From the IMG/VR virus record IMGVR_UViG_3300045988_136773: 64,000 bases of DNA; one strand, 5' to 3'. The position numbers were made by a program, and so were the translations under genes. Origin of the DNA: a virus. Each line of letters opens with the position of its first letter. Position 1 is the first letter of the stretch. Below the pieces are notes generated by a model that saw only the letters and a program-made list of their open reading frames with translations, ran no database searches and was not told the DNA's origin. This document shows positions 1-8,253 of the stretch, piece by piece.

Positions 1-350
1 GTAATCTATCTGATCTTACCACTGTTGTCACGAGTGTACAAATTATTTTTCATAACCAGGACAAGCGATTCAATGGAGCACCTATTTTCCGAGGTAAAAC
101 AATTTGTCTGACAGGCGATTTTGTGCATGGTAGTATCACAGATGTATCAGCTATTCTAAGTAGTTATGCTGCACACGTCACCACACACTTTACATCTGAC
201 GTAGATTGTGTAATTACCGGATCTGTTCGAGAGAATATTGATAGCAAAGTTGTATCAAGTGCTAGATCCTATAATATTCCTATATTTGACGAAACCTCAT
301 TCTTTGCTGAATATGAAATAGATACAGATTTGCAATCTGTAATGTCATAA
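1..350 (+). CDS. C-terminal part of a BRCT-domain protein (5' end outside window); could be the C-terminus of an NAD-dependent DNA-ligase-like protein
   Basis: The frame is open from the window edge (codons start at nt 3). 'FRGKTICLTGDF...DCVITGS...SARSYNIPIFDETSF' fits the BRCT pattern GKT-x-V-LTG...D-x-V-V-G...A...I-x-I-x-x-E-x-x-F. Confidence 0.45.
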   Translation, partial: NLSDLTTVVTSVQIIFHNQDKRFNGAPIFRGKTICLTGDFVHGSITDVSAILSSYAAHVTTHFTSDVDCVITGSVRENIDSKVVSSARSYNIPIFDETSFFAEYEIDTDLQSVMS

Positions 351-362
351 TGGGGTGATACC

Positions 363-1844
363 GTGAGTAGATTACTTGATAAACTAAATAAGAGCATAAC
401 TAAGCATGATGCTGTTTCTTATATAAGATCTATTGTTACCGGGTCTGTATTTCGGACGACTGATACAAGAGGTAATACTAGCATAACCGATATTAAATCT
501 AAAATTGATACAATGCGAGGTCTTGCAAGGGATTCTCAAATTGCGACAGCATTGTCCTATTATGCTACAGATGCTACTACAACGAATACATCTGGGCAAA
601 TTTTATGGGCTACATCTGATAACAAACAGTTAGCTGATATCATAAATGGTCTTTTCAAGAAATGGAATATCAATTCTTACGCAAGAGACCATATTTTAGA
701 ACTTGCAACTATTGGTAACTTATATATACCAACAACAGATATGTATAAGGAGTCCACTTATTCTACAAAACAGATTGGTATAGCCTTAGACAATAATACT
801 ATTCCAAACAGAGATTTTGATATTATTCCATCATATAAAATCCCTCCAGAAGATGTTCTGCATTTGTGGTATCAGGGACAACCATGCGGTTATATGTACG
901 CACCAGATGATGATTTTAGCGGACACATTCGCTATCCTGAATCATCGATCATACACTTCTCTTTGGGTGGAATATTAGGTGACTACACAATTGACACCAA
1001 ACAAGCTGATGGATCTGTAAAGACATGGGATATCATGTTTGCTGAACCACTTATGAGCAATGCAATTTCACCTACACAGACATTAAATTTGTTAGAGGAT
1101 GCAACACTACTTTCATCTTTGAGTCGTGTAGTGCGCTTTGTAAATGTAGACTGCGGTGATTCAAATGACGAAGAGGCTGTTACCGCATATTTGCAACAAA
1201 TTAAAGATGCGATTGAGCAAAATCTGTCTATCAATACGTCTACTGGAGACGTTCAAAGCTTTGTAAATCCACAAAGCCCGAATAATTTAATTTACCTTCC
1301 AAAACGTAAAGGTCAAGATATTGTATCTATAACAGATTTGAACATGGCTGACTTTACAGAGGCTGATAATAACTTGTTGGAATATTATCAAAACAAGAAA
1401 CTATCTGTTCTCGGTGTGCCAAAAGAAGCAATGAACTTTTCATCTAATGAGGGTTTAGGCGGTGCTGGTTCTGTTATGTCACAGCGTTCTGCTCTATACG
1501 CTAATATTCTGACAAGAATAGAAACTGCATACAAAGCAGGGTGGACGAGTGCATTGAATACATATTTCAAGTCAAATAATATGAGTGCATATGCTGATAA
1601 CTTTGAGCTACACATGAATCCGATCATTACAACTCAATCTACAATTCAGTTTGACAGACGTGATTCTGCACTGAGTCAAGCGGATACATTTGTAAATGTT
1701 CTAAAGAATTTAGGTGTCACAAAATCAGATGCATACAGAGAAGGACTATCTGAGATCCTCACAGAGGGATTTCCTCAAATGGGATCAGACGCTAATGGTT
1801 GGCGGTTAAATTTGGAAGAAGGAGATGATACAAGTGAACTCTAA
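363..1844 (+). CDS. putative portal protein
   Basis: 493 aa, GTG start after GGGGTGA. It is the first large gene of the structural block, with portal-like size and an acidic C-terminus. No catalytic motifs. Assigned by size and position only. Confidence 0.5.
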   Translation: MSRLLDKLNKSITKHDAVSYIRSIVTGSVFRTTDTRGNTSITDIKSKIDTMRGLARDSQIATALSYYATDATTTNTSGQILWATSDNKQLADIINGLFKKWNINSYARDHILELATIGNLYIPTTDMYKESTYSTKQIGIALDNNTIPNRDFDIIPSYKIPPEDVLHLWYQGQPCGYMYAPDDDFSGHIRYPESSIIHFSLGGILGDYTIDTKQADGSVKTWDIMFAEPLMSNAISPTQTLNLLEDATLLSSLSRVVRFVNVDCGDSNDEEAVTAYLQQIKDAIEQNLSINTSTGDVQSFVNPQSPNNLIYLPKRKGQDIVSITDLNMADFTEADNNLLEYYQNKKLSVLGVPKEAMNFSSNEGLGGAGSVMSQRSALYANILTRIETAYKAGWTSALNTYFKSNNMSAYADNFELHMNPIITTQSTIQFDRRDSALSQADTFVNVLKNLGVTKSDAYREGLSEILTEGFPQMGSDANGWRLNLEEGDDTSEL

Positions 1845-2169
1845 TCAAGCATCTATATCAAATCTATTTTTCCATGATTTGAAGTTGTACAATAGCACAA
1901 ATTTCAGAACATTGTGCAGATCTGATTTGACATCAGTTACACCAGAAACTGTAAAAGCGTTCAGTAGTGTAATTACACGATATTTTATTTTCGCTGAAAA
2001 GCATCCTGAAATTTCTGATTTACAACTGAGAATGTTGTACTTCCAGTTAAAGCTTGATATGATTGGACGGTATTTTGCAAATTATCCGAATGTAAACTCA
2101 GATGATCTAATTGCATTTCAGACAGAGCTAAAATACTACGTTGCAGAAGATGGTGATTCTGATGTCTGA
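1825..2169 (+). CDS. hypothetical protein (head-tail region)
   Basis: 114-aa ORF overlapping the end of the upstream gene. Its stop overlaps the next start (ATGTCTGA). Confidence 0.5.
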   Translation: MIQVNSNQASISNLFFHDLKLYNSTNFRTLCRSDLTSVTPETVKAFSSVITRYFIFAEKHPEISDLQLRMLYFQLKLDMIGRYFANYPNVNSDDLIAFQTELKYYVAEDGDSDV

Positions 2170-2779
2170 GCCTTTACGATATAATATTTCAGATTGGCAC
2201 CAATTATCTGGATGCCAATCCAATAATAGCCGTGATTTACGAATATTTGTATCTGATTTTATTCAGGATAGTCGTCTTGTAGGACTTCGTATTCAGATAT
2301 GTCATGCAGATTTTGGAATCCTATTCTCGTGCATTTTGAATGCGCGTGGCAGTCTTGTATCTAAACTTGGAAGTCAGATTGCTTATGAACTATCAACAGA
2401 TACGATTCTTTCGATATTGAGCAAGTATGGATTTCTTATCACATTCAATCCTAAAGCACATTTACCACAAGATCAGTTAGCTTATCTGAAATCTATACAA
2501 GCATTTGGATTTGATAAGATTCGCGTAATATCAGTTCCAAGTTTTGAGAACAGCATAAAAATCTCAAAATCTCATATTGTGGCATTTAATGTTGACAAGA
2601 ATCCGAAATGGATAGATAACTTGTACTCTCCATCATACAAAGAGTTTCGTGTAAGCCTTGAAACTGGAAGTACAATTATTTTATCAAGAATTTCTGATAC
2701 AAATAAATGGTCTTGGGGTTGGTTAGATTATGTAGCGTCAATCGATGATATTCTAAAAGATAATATGGATGGTGAATAA
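2162..2779 (+). CDS. hypothetical protein (head-tail region)
   Basis: Start refined to ATG 2162, which overlaps the stop of the upstream ORF. Tightly packed in the operon. Confidence 0.55.
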   Translation: MSEPLRYNISDWHQLSGCQSNNSRDLRIFVSDFIQDSRLVGLRIQICHADFGILFSCILNARGSLVSKLGSQIAYELSTDTILSILSKYGFLITFNPKAHLPQDQLAYLKSIQAFGFDKIRVISVPSFENSIKISKSHIVAFNVDKNPKWIDNLYSPSYKEFRVSLETGSTIILSRISDTNKWSWGWLDYVASIDDILKDNMDGE

Positions 2780-2781
2780 TT

Positions 2782-3024
2782 GTGGATAACAAAGCAATTG
2801 CAATTGTAACTGAATATGTTAAGAGTCATTTAGATGTAACAGATGGTAACATTGATTTTGGAGTGTATACAGTATGGAAATGCAAAGCACTTCAGAATTG
2901 GAAGTATCTGTTGTCTACCACATTGTTCGATGGTATGTACTATGAACTGACATATAATGGTGACAAGCACGAGTGGTACCTTGACGCTTACAAGAAGTTT
3001 GAGAACAAAGTGATTACAGAGTGA
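2782..3024 (+). CDS. hypothetical small protein
   Basis: 80-aa ORF with a GTG start 3 nt after the upstream stop. Confidence 0.5.
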   Translation: MDNKAIAIVTEYVKSHLDVTDGNIDFGVYTVWKCKALQNWKYLLSTTLFDGMYYELTYNGDKHEWYLDAYKKFENKVITE

Positions 3025-3037
3025 TAGGAGTTAAATT

Positions 3038-3331
3038 ATGAAAAAGCTATTCATTTCACAGCCGATGCGTGGTAAATCCGACGAACAGATCATTGCAGAA
3101 CGACGTACTGCAATTCAGACTGCAATGCATTATTTGAATGAAGATGTAGAAGTCATTGACAGTTTCTTTAAAGCTGCACCACATGACGCAAAGCCATTGT
3201 GGTTCCTTGGCAAGTCATTAGAACTTTTGTCCACTGCTGATGTAGTATATTTCGCTGACGGATGGCAGGATTATAGGGGATGTAAAATTGAGCATGATTG
3301 TGCTGAAGCCTATGGTATCAAAATTTTATAA
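3038..3331 (+). CDS. DUF4406 / nucleoside 2-deoxyribosyltransferase-like protein
   Basis: 'MKKLFISQPMRGK...' at the N-terminus and 'ADVVYFADGWQDYRGCKIEHDCAEAYGIKI' at the C-terminus match the DUF4406 pattern (ISGPM-x-G ... l-x-gW-x-x-S-x-G-x-x-x-E-x-x-x-A). Confidence 0.5.
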   Translation: MKKLFISQPMRGKSDEQIIAERRTAIQTAMHYLNEDVEVIDSFFKAAPHDAKPLWFLGKSLELLSTADVVYFADGWQDYRGCKIEHDCAEAYGIKIL

Positions 3332-3346
3332 TTCTGGTGATGTACT

Positions 3347-3883
3347 ATGCAAAATAATCTTATAGGTCCTGACATACAGCTGATGCGTGATCGCTATGAC
3401 GAAGCTCTAATCTTACAAGGAATCCAATGTAAATATCAATATCCTTTATTTGCAGATTCCAATGCACAAGGTGAGTCTGTTATAGATAGCTATTCAGAAA
3501 TGATTCACACACAGATATTTTTTGACGGAAATCCAAAGGTCAAAACATATAAACGACTCGGATGGGTAGTTGAAAATGATAAGGACTTGCCATTTTTGGT
3601 ACATTGCAGCTTTAATTTACAAAACTTGCAAAAAGACTGCTTATTTCATATATCCGGTCAGTATACTGGTATGCCAGATCGAACATTCCGTGTTACAGAG
3701 TTGACATGTGATATACAAGCACCGGATCATATGATTGCACAAGTAATTCCTGTATATGATAAACAGACTGTAGGACGTACCAGAAAAGAAATTGCAAAGA
3801 CATTTGATAAATCAAATTATTTCCTACAAGATCCGATAGATTATCGAGGAACTTATGTATCAGAGTTGCCAGGTGATAGATAA
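3347..3883 (+). CDS. hypothetical protein (neck/tail completion candidate)
   Basis: 178-aa ORF with an RBS, between the portal block and the sheath gene. Confidence 0.55.
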   Translation: MQNNLIGPDIQLMRDRYDEALILQGIQCKYQYPLFADSNAQGESVIDSYSEMIHTQIFFDGNPKVKTYKRLGWVVENDKDLPFLVHCSFNLQNLQKDCLFHISGQYTGMPDRTFRVTELTCDIQAPDHMIAQVIPVYDKQTVGRTRKEIAKTFDKSNYFLQDPIDYRGTYVSELPGDR

Positions 3884-3895
3884 GGTGGTGAATTT

Positions 3896-4510
3896 GTGCT
3901 ATACCTATATGATAATGCAATTGTGGACGATTTGATGCGTAGCTTTAACCCAAATCATGTAGAAAATCCAGTTGTTAAAGTGATTTCTCCAGAACAGATT
4001 ATAGGACTAGCTGCACAAATTCAAGATGACAGTGTATCATTTCCAATTGTAGCACTAGATCGAGATGATAATACATCCATTGACGCAGATCGAATGAATT
4101 TTACACGAGCACATTTTGGGGTATCTTCAGTTTTAGATACTGAAACTAATAATTTATACTATGAGAAAGCAATACCAGTTAAGCTATCTTATGGTTTAAC
4201 TCTGTTGACTACAAACACAGCAGACAGAGATGAGTTATTAAAGGAACTGATGTTCAAATACATGAATATGTATTATTTGACTATACAGTTGCCGTACTAC
4301 TGTAAACGTAAGATTCGATTTGGTGTAACAATTGACACTAATTCTGAGATTCAGCATTCCTCTGGAAGTTTTGACTATCTGGAAAGTGGTAAATTGTATC
4401 AAACGATACTACCATTGCAGTGTGAAGGGTGCGTGCTTGTAAGCTATACTCCTGTGAAATTAAAACGAGTTACACATTCTGTAAATGCTGAACTAATCGA
4501 TAAATCGTAA
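3896..4510 (+). CDS. hypothetical protein (neck/tail completion candidate)
   Basis: 204-aa ORF with a GTG start after AAGGTGGTGA. Confidence 0.55.
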   Translation: MLYLYDNAIVDDLMRSFNPNHVENPVVKVISPEQIIGLAAQIQDDSVSFPIVALDRDDNTSIDADRMNFTRAHFGVSSVLDTETNNLYYEKAIPVKLSYGLTLLTTNTADRDELLKELMFKYMNMYYLTIQLPYYCKRKIRFGVTIDTNSEIQHSSGSFDYLESGKLYQTILPLQCEGCVLVSYTPVKLKRVTHSVNAELIDKS

Positions 4511-4540
4511 ACCTTATATATCGTCATGTGAGGTGATATT

Positions 4541-4774
4541 GTGATCTACAAAAACCTATCTCGCACTACAAAAACTTTTTATGGTGTAACATTCAAGCCA
4601 GGTTCATCTCATGAAGTATCTGGTTATATAACAAATCCAGATTTTATCGCAGTTTCCTGTGCAGACGAGACATCTAATGCAAAGAAACAGGCTACTGCGA
4701 AAAAGCAAGTCGTACAAAAAGAAAAAGCACAAAAAGGGGATGAGTTAACCAGTGGCACAGATTGTAATAAATGA
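4541..4774 (+). CDS. hypothetical small protein
   Basis: 77-aa ORF with a GTG start after GAGGTGA. It lies 21 nt downstream of an ACCTTATATA motif. Confidence 0.5.
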   Translation: MIYKNLSRTTKTFYGVTFKPGSSHEVSGYITNPDFIAVSCADETSNAKKQATAKKQVVQKEKAQKGDELTSGTDCNK

Positions 4775-6614
4775 GATTTCTCAAAACTATTCGTATAATA
4801 TCGGTACTACATCTTATGCAACTGTAGCGATGCCGATTACTGCCATGTGGGGACCATGCTATGGTGATCCGGAGTCCATTGTAGGCGATAATGGTACAGT
4901 TGATGATGTTTTAGAGCAGACATCATTCCAGCATTTTACAGCAACGCAATCCGGACTAGAAGCATTTACATCTACGTATCGTGGACCTGCATCGAATTAC
5001 AGATTAGCAAAGGACTATAGTTATCAAATGGCAGTAACCCTACTTACTGCTGGCTATGATGTTCTTGTTTGTCGCGTTTGTCCTGGTGCAAAGGCATCCA
5101 AAACAGTAGATGCTTATGCCCCATCCGGCACAAAGCCACACATTACATTTACAGCAAAATATCCTGGTACTTTTGGTAACAGATTAAAGATATCACTTAC
5201 TAAAGCATCTAACGGGAAATACTGGAATCTAATTACATATGTAGTAGACGCATCTGGTGTTACTACAGCTGTTGAAAATTTGATTTTTGTATTCGATGCA
5301 AACGCTGCAACGGATATTATCCCTCATGTTAGTGAAGTCGAATCAGATTTTATTGACATTAGTACAGATATTTCAGTTGACACTCATGCTTTTGATTCCA
5401 ATGGTTCTACAACTGTAGTTCAGCAGCTATCCGGTGGTTCTGACACTATGACATCTGATTCAACTGCTTCTACAGCATGGGAATCAGCAAAAACACTTGC
5501 TGAAACAAGATATAAATCTGCGGGTTATACAGAAACATCCAGTTGTAAGTATATTTCCGCATTTGACACAGCACCAACTGATTCATTAGTGGCAAATACT
5601 CAGAAATACAAAGAATGGATATATAATGCAGCGTATACTGTATATGATCTGCTACAGGATAAACTAAACTACAATCCAAATCGCATTATCAGTCCTGGTT
5701 GGGACGATCAGAATATTTGTGAACTTACAAATTCATCCGAATCTGTTCAGCTTACTGAGGTTTCTCCATTGCATAAAAAGATAATGGAAACTGCGTTTAC
5801 AAGTCGTTGTGCTACAGGATTTATTGATATTCCGAAGTCAGAATCAAGACAGTATGTGTCAAATGATGATTCCAAAAAGCTTGGATATGCTCAGATGCTT
5901 TCTAAAGTAGGAACCGATGTACTTACTACAGATGCAAATGCGGCTTTATATGCGTCGCATTCTGCATTGTTTGCACCATGGGGATCTTACAAGTATGTAG
6001 GAGCATCAAAAGCTTTTACTGCATCTCCGTCATTTCTTGCATTAATGCTGCAAAGAGCAATGATTTTAAATCAATCCTTACAGTATGAGTGGGCATTACC
6101 TACAAATCGTAAGCACAATCTTACTGTTGGTAAGATGGATTACAAGGTATCTAAGCATTTTCTTGACATCTGGCAAAAGCTTGATGGGGTTAGCCTGAAT
6201 GCAATTACCGAGATACCAGAACTTGGTTTGAACGTGTGGGGCAACTCGACATTATATGATGTGCTACCTGCTACATACCAGGCACTTGCAAATCTATCTA
6301 CAAGATTTTTGATAAATGCTGTAGAGGATGTTGTGTATAAGTGCGGTATTGCAATTACGTTCCAATATAATAATCAGCAAGCTTATGACAAATTCTATGC
6401 TGGGGTAACACCAACATTGGATACTATGAAGAATGTGGGTGCTATCGAAGATTACTATGTAACTATGGCTGCTGATATTAACGGCTTGGATCAAGTAAAC
6501 GCCAATACTGTAATTGGTAAAATCTATCTTGTAGTCAATGGCGTAGTGAACGACATTAAGGTTGATCTGATTGCACTTCCTCCTGGGAGTGATTTAAATC
6601 AATATAAGTCTTGA
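4752..6614 (+). CDS. tail sheath protein
   Basis: 620 aa, immediately upstream of the tube gene. The C-terminal 'LNAITEIPELGLNVWGNSTL' fits the conserved sheath motif (vN-x-i...G-x-x-vWG-x-rT). Confidence 0.75.
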   Translation: MAQIVINEISQNYSYNIGTTSYATVAMPITAMWGPCYGDPESIVGDNGTVDDVLEQTSFQHFTATQSGLEAFTSTYRGPASNYRLAKDYSYQMAVTLLTAGYDVLVCRVCPGAKASKTVDAYAPSGTKPHITFTAKYPGTFGNRLKISLTKASNGKYWNLITYVVDASGVTTAVENLIFVFDANAATDIIPHVSEVESDFIDISTDISVDTHAFDSNGSTTVVQQLSGGSDTMTSDSTASTAWESAKTLAETRYKSAGYTETSSCKYISAFDTAPTDSLVANTQKYKEWIYNAAYTVYDLLQDKLNYNPNRIISPGWDDQNICELTNSSESVQLTEVSPLHKKIMETAFTSRCATGFIDIPKSESRQYVSNDDSKKLGYAQMLSKVGTDVLTTDANAALYASHSALFAPWGSYKYVGASKAFTASPSFLALMLQRAMILNQSLQYEWALPTNRKHNLTVGKMDYKVSKHFLDIWQKLDGVSLNAITEIPELGLNVWGNSTLYDVLPATYQALANLSTRFLINAVEDVVYKCGIAITFQYNNQQAYDKFYAGVTPTLDTMKNVGAIEDYYVTMAADINGLDQVNANTVIGKIYLVVNGVVNDIKVDLIALPPGSDLNQYKS

Positions 6615-6630
6615 TCGGTGGTGATGTGAT

Positions 6631-7176
6631 ATGTTTACACCTTTATACATGGGTACAAATCATATGCTAGGAATTGACAATTTTGTTCCATTAACTACAA
6701 ATAACTTTGAAATCCGTATCTATAATATGGACGGTTCCACTCCAACTGAAAACGCAGATCTGTTGACGTTGTCTACCGATGAGGTTGGTTCCGTACAAGA
6801 ACAACAAGATAGCATTGTTGTCCATTATGGGAATGGTGTCATTAAGTTTCCGTCTAAGGTTACATTTGCTGATGTTGACTGGACACTGAACTGTTATTGT
6901 GAACCGAATGTACTTGACGCTTTACGTGCATGGCGTAAGCAAGTATATGATTCCGAAACTGAAAAGATGGGATTACCGTCTGAGTACATGAAGCAGGTAT
7001 ATTTCATTAAGTATGACGGACAAGGCCGTGCAAGAGATGTTATCAAGTGTCCTGGAACATGGATCGGTGCACTTGATAATGGTAGTGGCAATCAGACAGG
7101 CGGCGATATTGTTAAGGTAAAAGTTCCGTTTGTCATTTCTCGTGCAATTTACTTGAAACCAGAAGATATTCGCTGA
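6631..7176 (+). CDS. tail tube protein
   Basis: 181 aa, directly after the sheath gene and before the chaperone/tape-measure genes (canonical myovirus synteny). Confidence 0.65.
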   Translation: MFTPLYMGTNHMLGIDNFVPLTTNNFEIRIYNMDGSTPTENADLLTLSTDEVGSVQEQQDSIVVHYGNGVIKFPSKVTFADVDWTLNCYCEPNVLDALRAWRKQVYDSETEKMGLPSEYMKQVYFIKYDGQGRARDVIKCPGTWIGALDNGSGNQTGGDIVKVKVPFVISRAIYLKPEDIR

Positions 7177-7213
7177 TTTTAATTCACCTTAAAACCTTTG
7201 AGGAGTGTTTCAC

Positions 7214-8047
7214 ATGGCAATGATTTCAGAAAAGATCGAACTGCTTGGTAAGAATTTATATACTGATATTCCGGGTACACTGACATTAAAAAGCATTCCA
7301 ACAGCATCTGAATTGGAGTATGTTGGTAGTGAAGATTTTGTAGGTACCATGCTGGATAGCATTCTTCCAGAGGCAGTAGATGAAAATTTAAATTTCCATA
7401 ATCTTTTGGAAGTAGATTACTATTGGATTTGTAGATGCCTTAGAATTTTGAATTATGGACCATACTACACAACTAATGCTGTGTACTGTCGTTCATGTGG
7501 AAAGGTTTCATACGGAGAATTTCGAGTAAATTTGAAAACTATCAATTGCATTCCTATTCCTGATGATTTTTCAAATGACATCGTGGTTTCAAAAGATGAA
7601 TTTTTGGATTTCAGCGGTGATGTGCATTTAGCACTGCCTACAATTCAGCAGATTATCAATTGTAGAAACGATAAGGCATTTCAAACACCTGACGGTAATC
7701 TTGACAGTGATCTTGCAAGAATCTGCTATATGGTTACGTCAATTGGCGGAAAGTCTAATTTAACTCCGATTGAAATCAAATATAAAATTAAGAATGATTT
7801 GAGTGCAGCTGATTATATCATACTGCGAGATCGTATTTCAGAGCTGTCTGATTTTGGATTGCGTAATGGTGGCACAGCACAGTGTCCGAAATGTCATAGT
7901 AATGACGCTTCATTTGTTGCATTGGTTAATGATAAGTTTTTTCGCCCGTCCCTGGGAGATCTCCGGCAATGGAAACACGATCGAAGTGCAGGGGAAAATA
8001 AAAACATATCAAGAAGTGCGACAGCAACTATACGAAAACATAATTGA
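7214..8047 (+). CDS. tail assembly chaperone (short, non-frameshifted form); contains two CxxC pairs
   Basis: Lies between the tube and tape-measure genes. ATG 7214 follows GAGGAG. Contains 'CRSCGK' and 'CPKCHS'. Confidence 0.55.
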   Translation: MAMISEKIELLGKNLYTDIPGTLTLKSIPTASELEYVGSEDFVGTMLDSILPEAVDENLNFHNLLEVDYYWICRCLRILNYGPYYTTNAVYCRSCGKVSYGEFRVNLKTINCIPIPDDFSNDIVVSKDEFLDFSGDVHLALPTIQQIINCRNDKAFQTPDGNLDSDLARICYMVTSIGGKSNLTPIEIKYKIKNDLSAADYIILRDRISELSDFGLRNGGTAQCPKCHSNDASFVALVNDKFFRPSLGDLRQWKHDRSAGENKNISRSATATIRKHN

Positions 8048-8192
8048 TGAAACAATTTTTATTGCACGAGCATCTGAAGGTGCTGTGTCAACAGAATGGC
8101 TTATGCAGCAACCGATTTTTATTCGGAAAAAGTATGTAGATTCCTTTACTGCTGAATTGAAATCTAGAGAGGCTGCTTTGAAAAAGAAATAA
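7803..8192 (+). CDS. +1-frame extension of the tail assembly chaperone (probable frameshift product C-terminus)
   Basis: The ORF overlaps the 3' end of 7214..8047 in the +1 frame. It has no RBS or plausible own start and ends 60 nt before the tape-measure gene. This is the G/GT-like arrangement. Confidence 0.45.
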   Translation: MQLIISYCEIVFQSCLILDCVMVAQHSVRNVIVMTLHLLHWLMISFFARPWEISGNGNTIEVQGKIKTYQEVRQQLYENIIDETIFIARASEGAVSTEWLMQQPIFIRKKYVDSFTAELKSREAALKKK

Positions 8193-8199
8193 TTGAAAT

Positions 8200-8233
8200 A
8201 AGGGATAAGGTTAAGGAATCTTATCCCTTGTTT
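8200..8233 (+). terminator. stem-loop (attenuator/terminator) between chaperone and tape-measure genes
   Basis: AAGGGATAAG / CTTATCCCTT 10-bp stem with a 10-nt loop. The following T tract is weak (GTTTTA). Confidence 0.45.
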
Positions 8234-8253
8234 TATGCATAGGTGGTGGTTTT

